A stretch of DNA of 64,000 nucleotides. Source: an uncultured Nitrospiraceae bacterium (lineage in GTDB: Bacteria; Nitrospirota; Thermodesulfovibrionia; Thermodesulfovibrionales; Dissulfurispiraceae). The DNA lies in NCBI GenBank assembly GCA_963727805.1, contig CAVSHF010000003.1, positions 1,440,001-1,504,000 of the forward strand, written 5' to 3'. The translations under genes were made by a program, and so were the position numbers. A model generated the notes under the pieces. That model was not told where the DNA came from and made no database searches. It saw only the letters and a list, made by a program, of their open reading frames with translations. Shown one piece after another: positions 63,006-64,000 of this stretch (the first letter of the stretch is position 1; each line of letters opens with the position of its first letter).

Positions 63006-63986
63006 CTAAAATAGGCTGAACTTGAAGTATTTCTTAGGGTTATCTTTGATATCTTTTGTCAAATCTCTGAGTTCAAGAACAACTTGATTGAGTCCCGCCA
63101 CTGACTCCTTAACCTGTCGTGCTAGCTCTTCGTCCTTGACTATCGAACCCGCAACCCCTTTCCCAGACTCAATCCCCGAGAGTACGTCTGATAGCTGGCG
63201 TGAGGCCTTATCGAGGTTGTCGTACATCGATGGATCCGAAAGAAGTTTCTGAAGGGACCCATTTCCTTGGTTAAGCTTTTTGCTGAATTCATTCAATGAG
63301 AATGCTGCCTCGGACATCTTTGTATATAAAGCGGGATCTTTTACAAACTGCTTGAGCGAACCGTTGGAATTCTCGTATTCCTTCAGGCTTGCCGAAAGGG
63401 CCCTCGTAGAATCTTTTAGGTTATTATACAGGGAGGGATCGTTCACGAACCTTCCAAGTGACCCCTCGCTTTTATCGATTTTTTCGACAAAATGTCCGAG
63501 TTGCTGGACGATATCTGTCACCTTAGAGAGTGATTCCGCTGTTGCATCGACGATATCTTTGATCTCAAGCTGCACCTTTCCTTTAATGACTTCGCCGGGC
63601 TTGATTCTTTCGCTCTCATGCTCACCATTGGTGACTTCGACATACTTATCACCCAGTAGGCCCATGGTCATGACCGTAGCAACAGAATCTTTTCTGATAT
63701 ACTCCATAGCGCTCTTGTTGAGAGAAAGCGTCACGAGAGTGCCGTATTTAGGGTGCAGGTGTATATCCGATACCGATCCCACCTCTACTCCGGCGAACCA
63801 CACGGGAGAGCCGTTCCTAAGACCCCTGACATCCTTGATCTGCGCGAATAGATGGATCTTCGGAGAGAAGAGAGATTCGATACCACCGGCGAAGAATACG
63901 GTCACCAGAATCACAATGAGGGCAGTAGTCACGACAACGCCCACCTTAAGCTTCGACCACATGAGCTGTTTCTTTATATCAAACAT
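63006..63986 (-). CDS. MlaD/MCE family protein
   Basis: TM, GL..GSPV..AGVEVGSV, GLLGDKYV, helical tail ending NPKKYF. Confidence 0.9.
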   Translation of the reverse strand: MFDIKKQLMWSKLKVGVVVTTALIVILVTVFFAGGIESLFSPKIHLFAQIKDVRGLRNGSPVWFAGVEVGSVSDIHLHPKYGTLVTLSLNKSAMEYIRKDSVATVMTMGLLGDKYVEVTNGEHESERIKPGEVIKGKVQLEIKDIVDATAESLSKVTDIVQQLGHFVEKIDKSEGSLGRFVNDPSLYNNLKDSTRALSASLKEYENSNGSLKQFVKDPALYTKMSEAAFSLNEFSKKLNQGNGSLQKLLSDPSMYDNLDKASRQLSDVLSGIESGKGVAGSIVKDEELARQVKESVAGLNQVVLELRDLTKDIKDNPKKYFKFSLF

Positions 63987-64000
63987 CTCTTCCCCTTTTT

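Overview
A 64-kb bacterial chromosome segment, mostly housekeeping genes. Gene content and order (lpxC, lptCAB-rpoN, split ATP synthase operon, futalosine-pathway mqnA, def-fmt-DUF116-rsmB-PASTA-rpe) suggest a diderm anaerobe, plausibly Nitrospirota/Thermodesulfovibrionia-like (inference). Main finding: an archease-rtcB-mqnA operon in which rtcB, split by the ORF caller, is one 481-codon frame with an in-frame UGA exactly at the metal-bridging catalytic Cys (GYDIN-U-GVRLL). A long SECIS-like hairpin follows directly, so this is a candidate selenocysteine-containing RNA ligase. Other findings: a variant c-di-GMP-I riboswitch ahead of a secreted FN3/repeat protein; a wHTH protein with a degenerate nucleotidyltransferase domain followed by an uncalled 27-aa histone-H1-like microprotein; and sigma-54 promoter motifs before both lpxC and the lptCAB-rpoN operon. 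No rRNA, tRNA, CRISPR array or intact mobile element was recognised.
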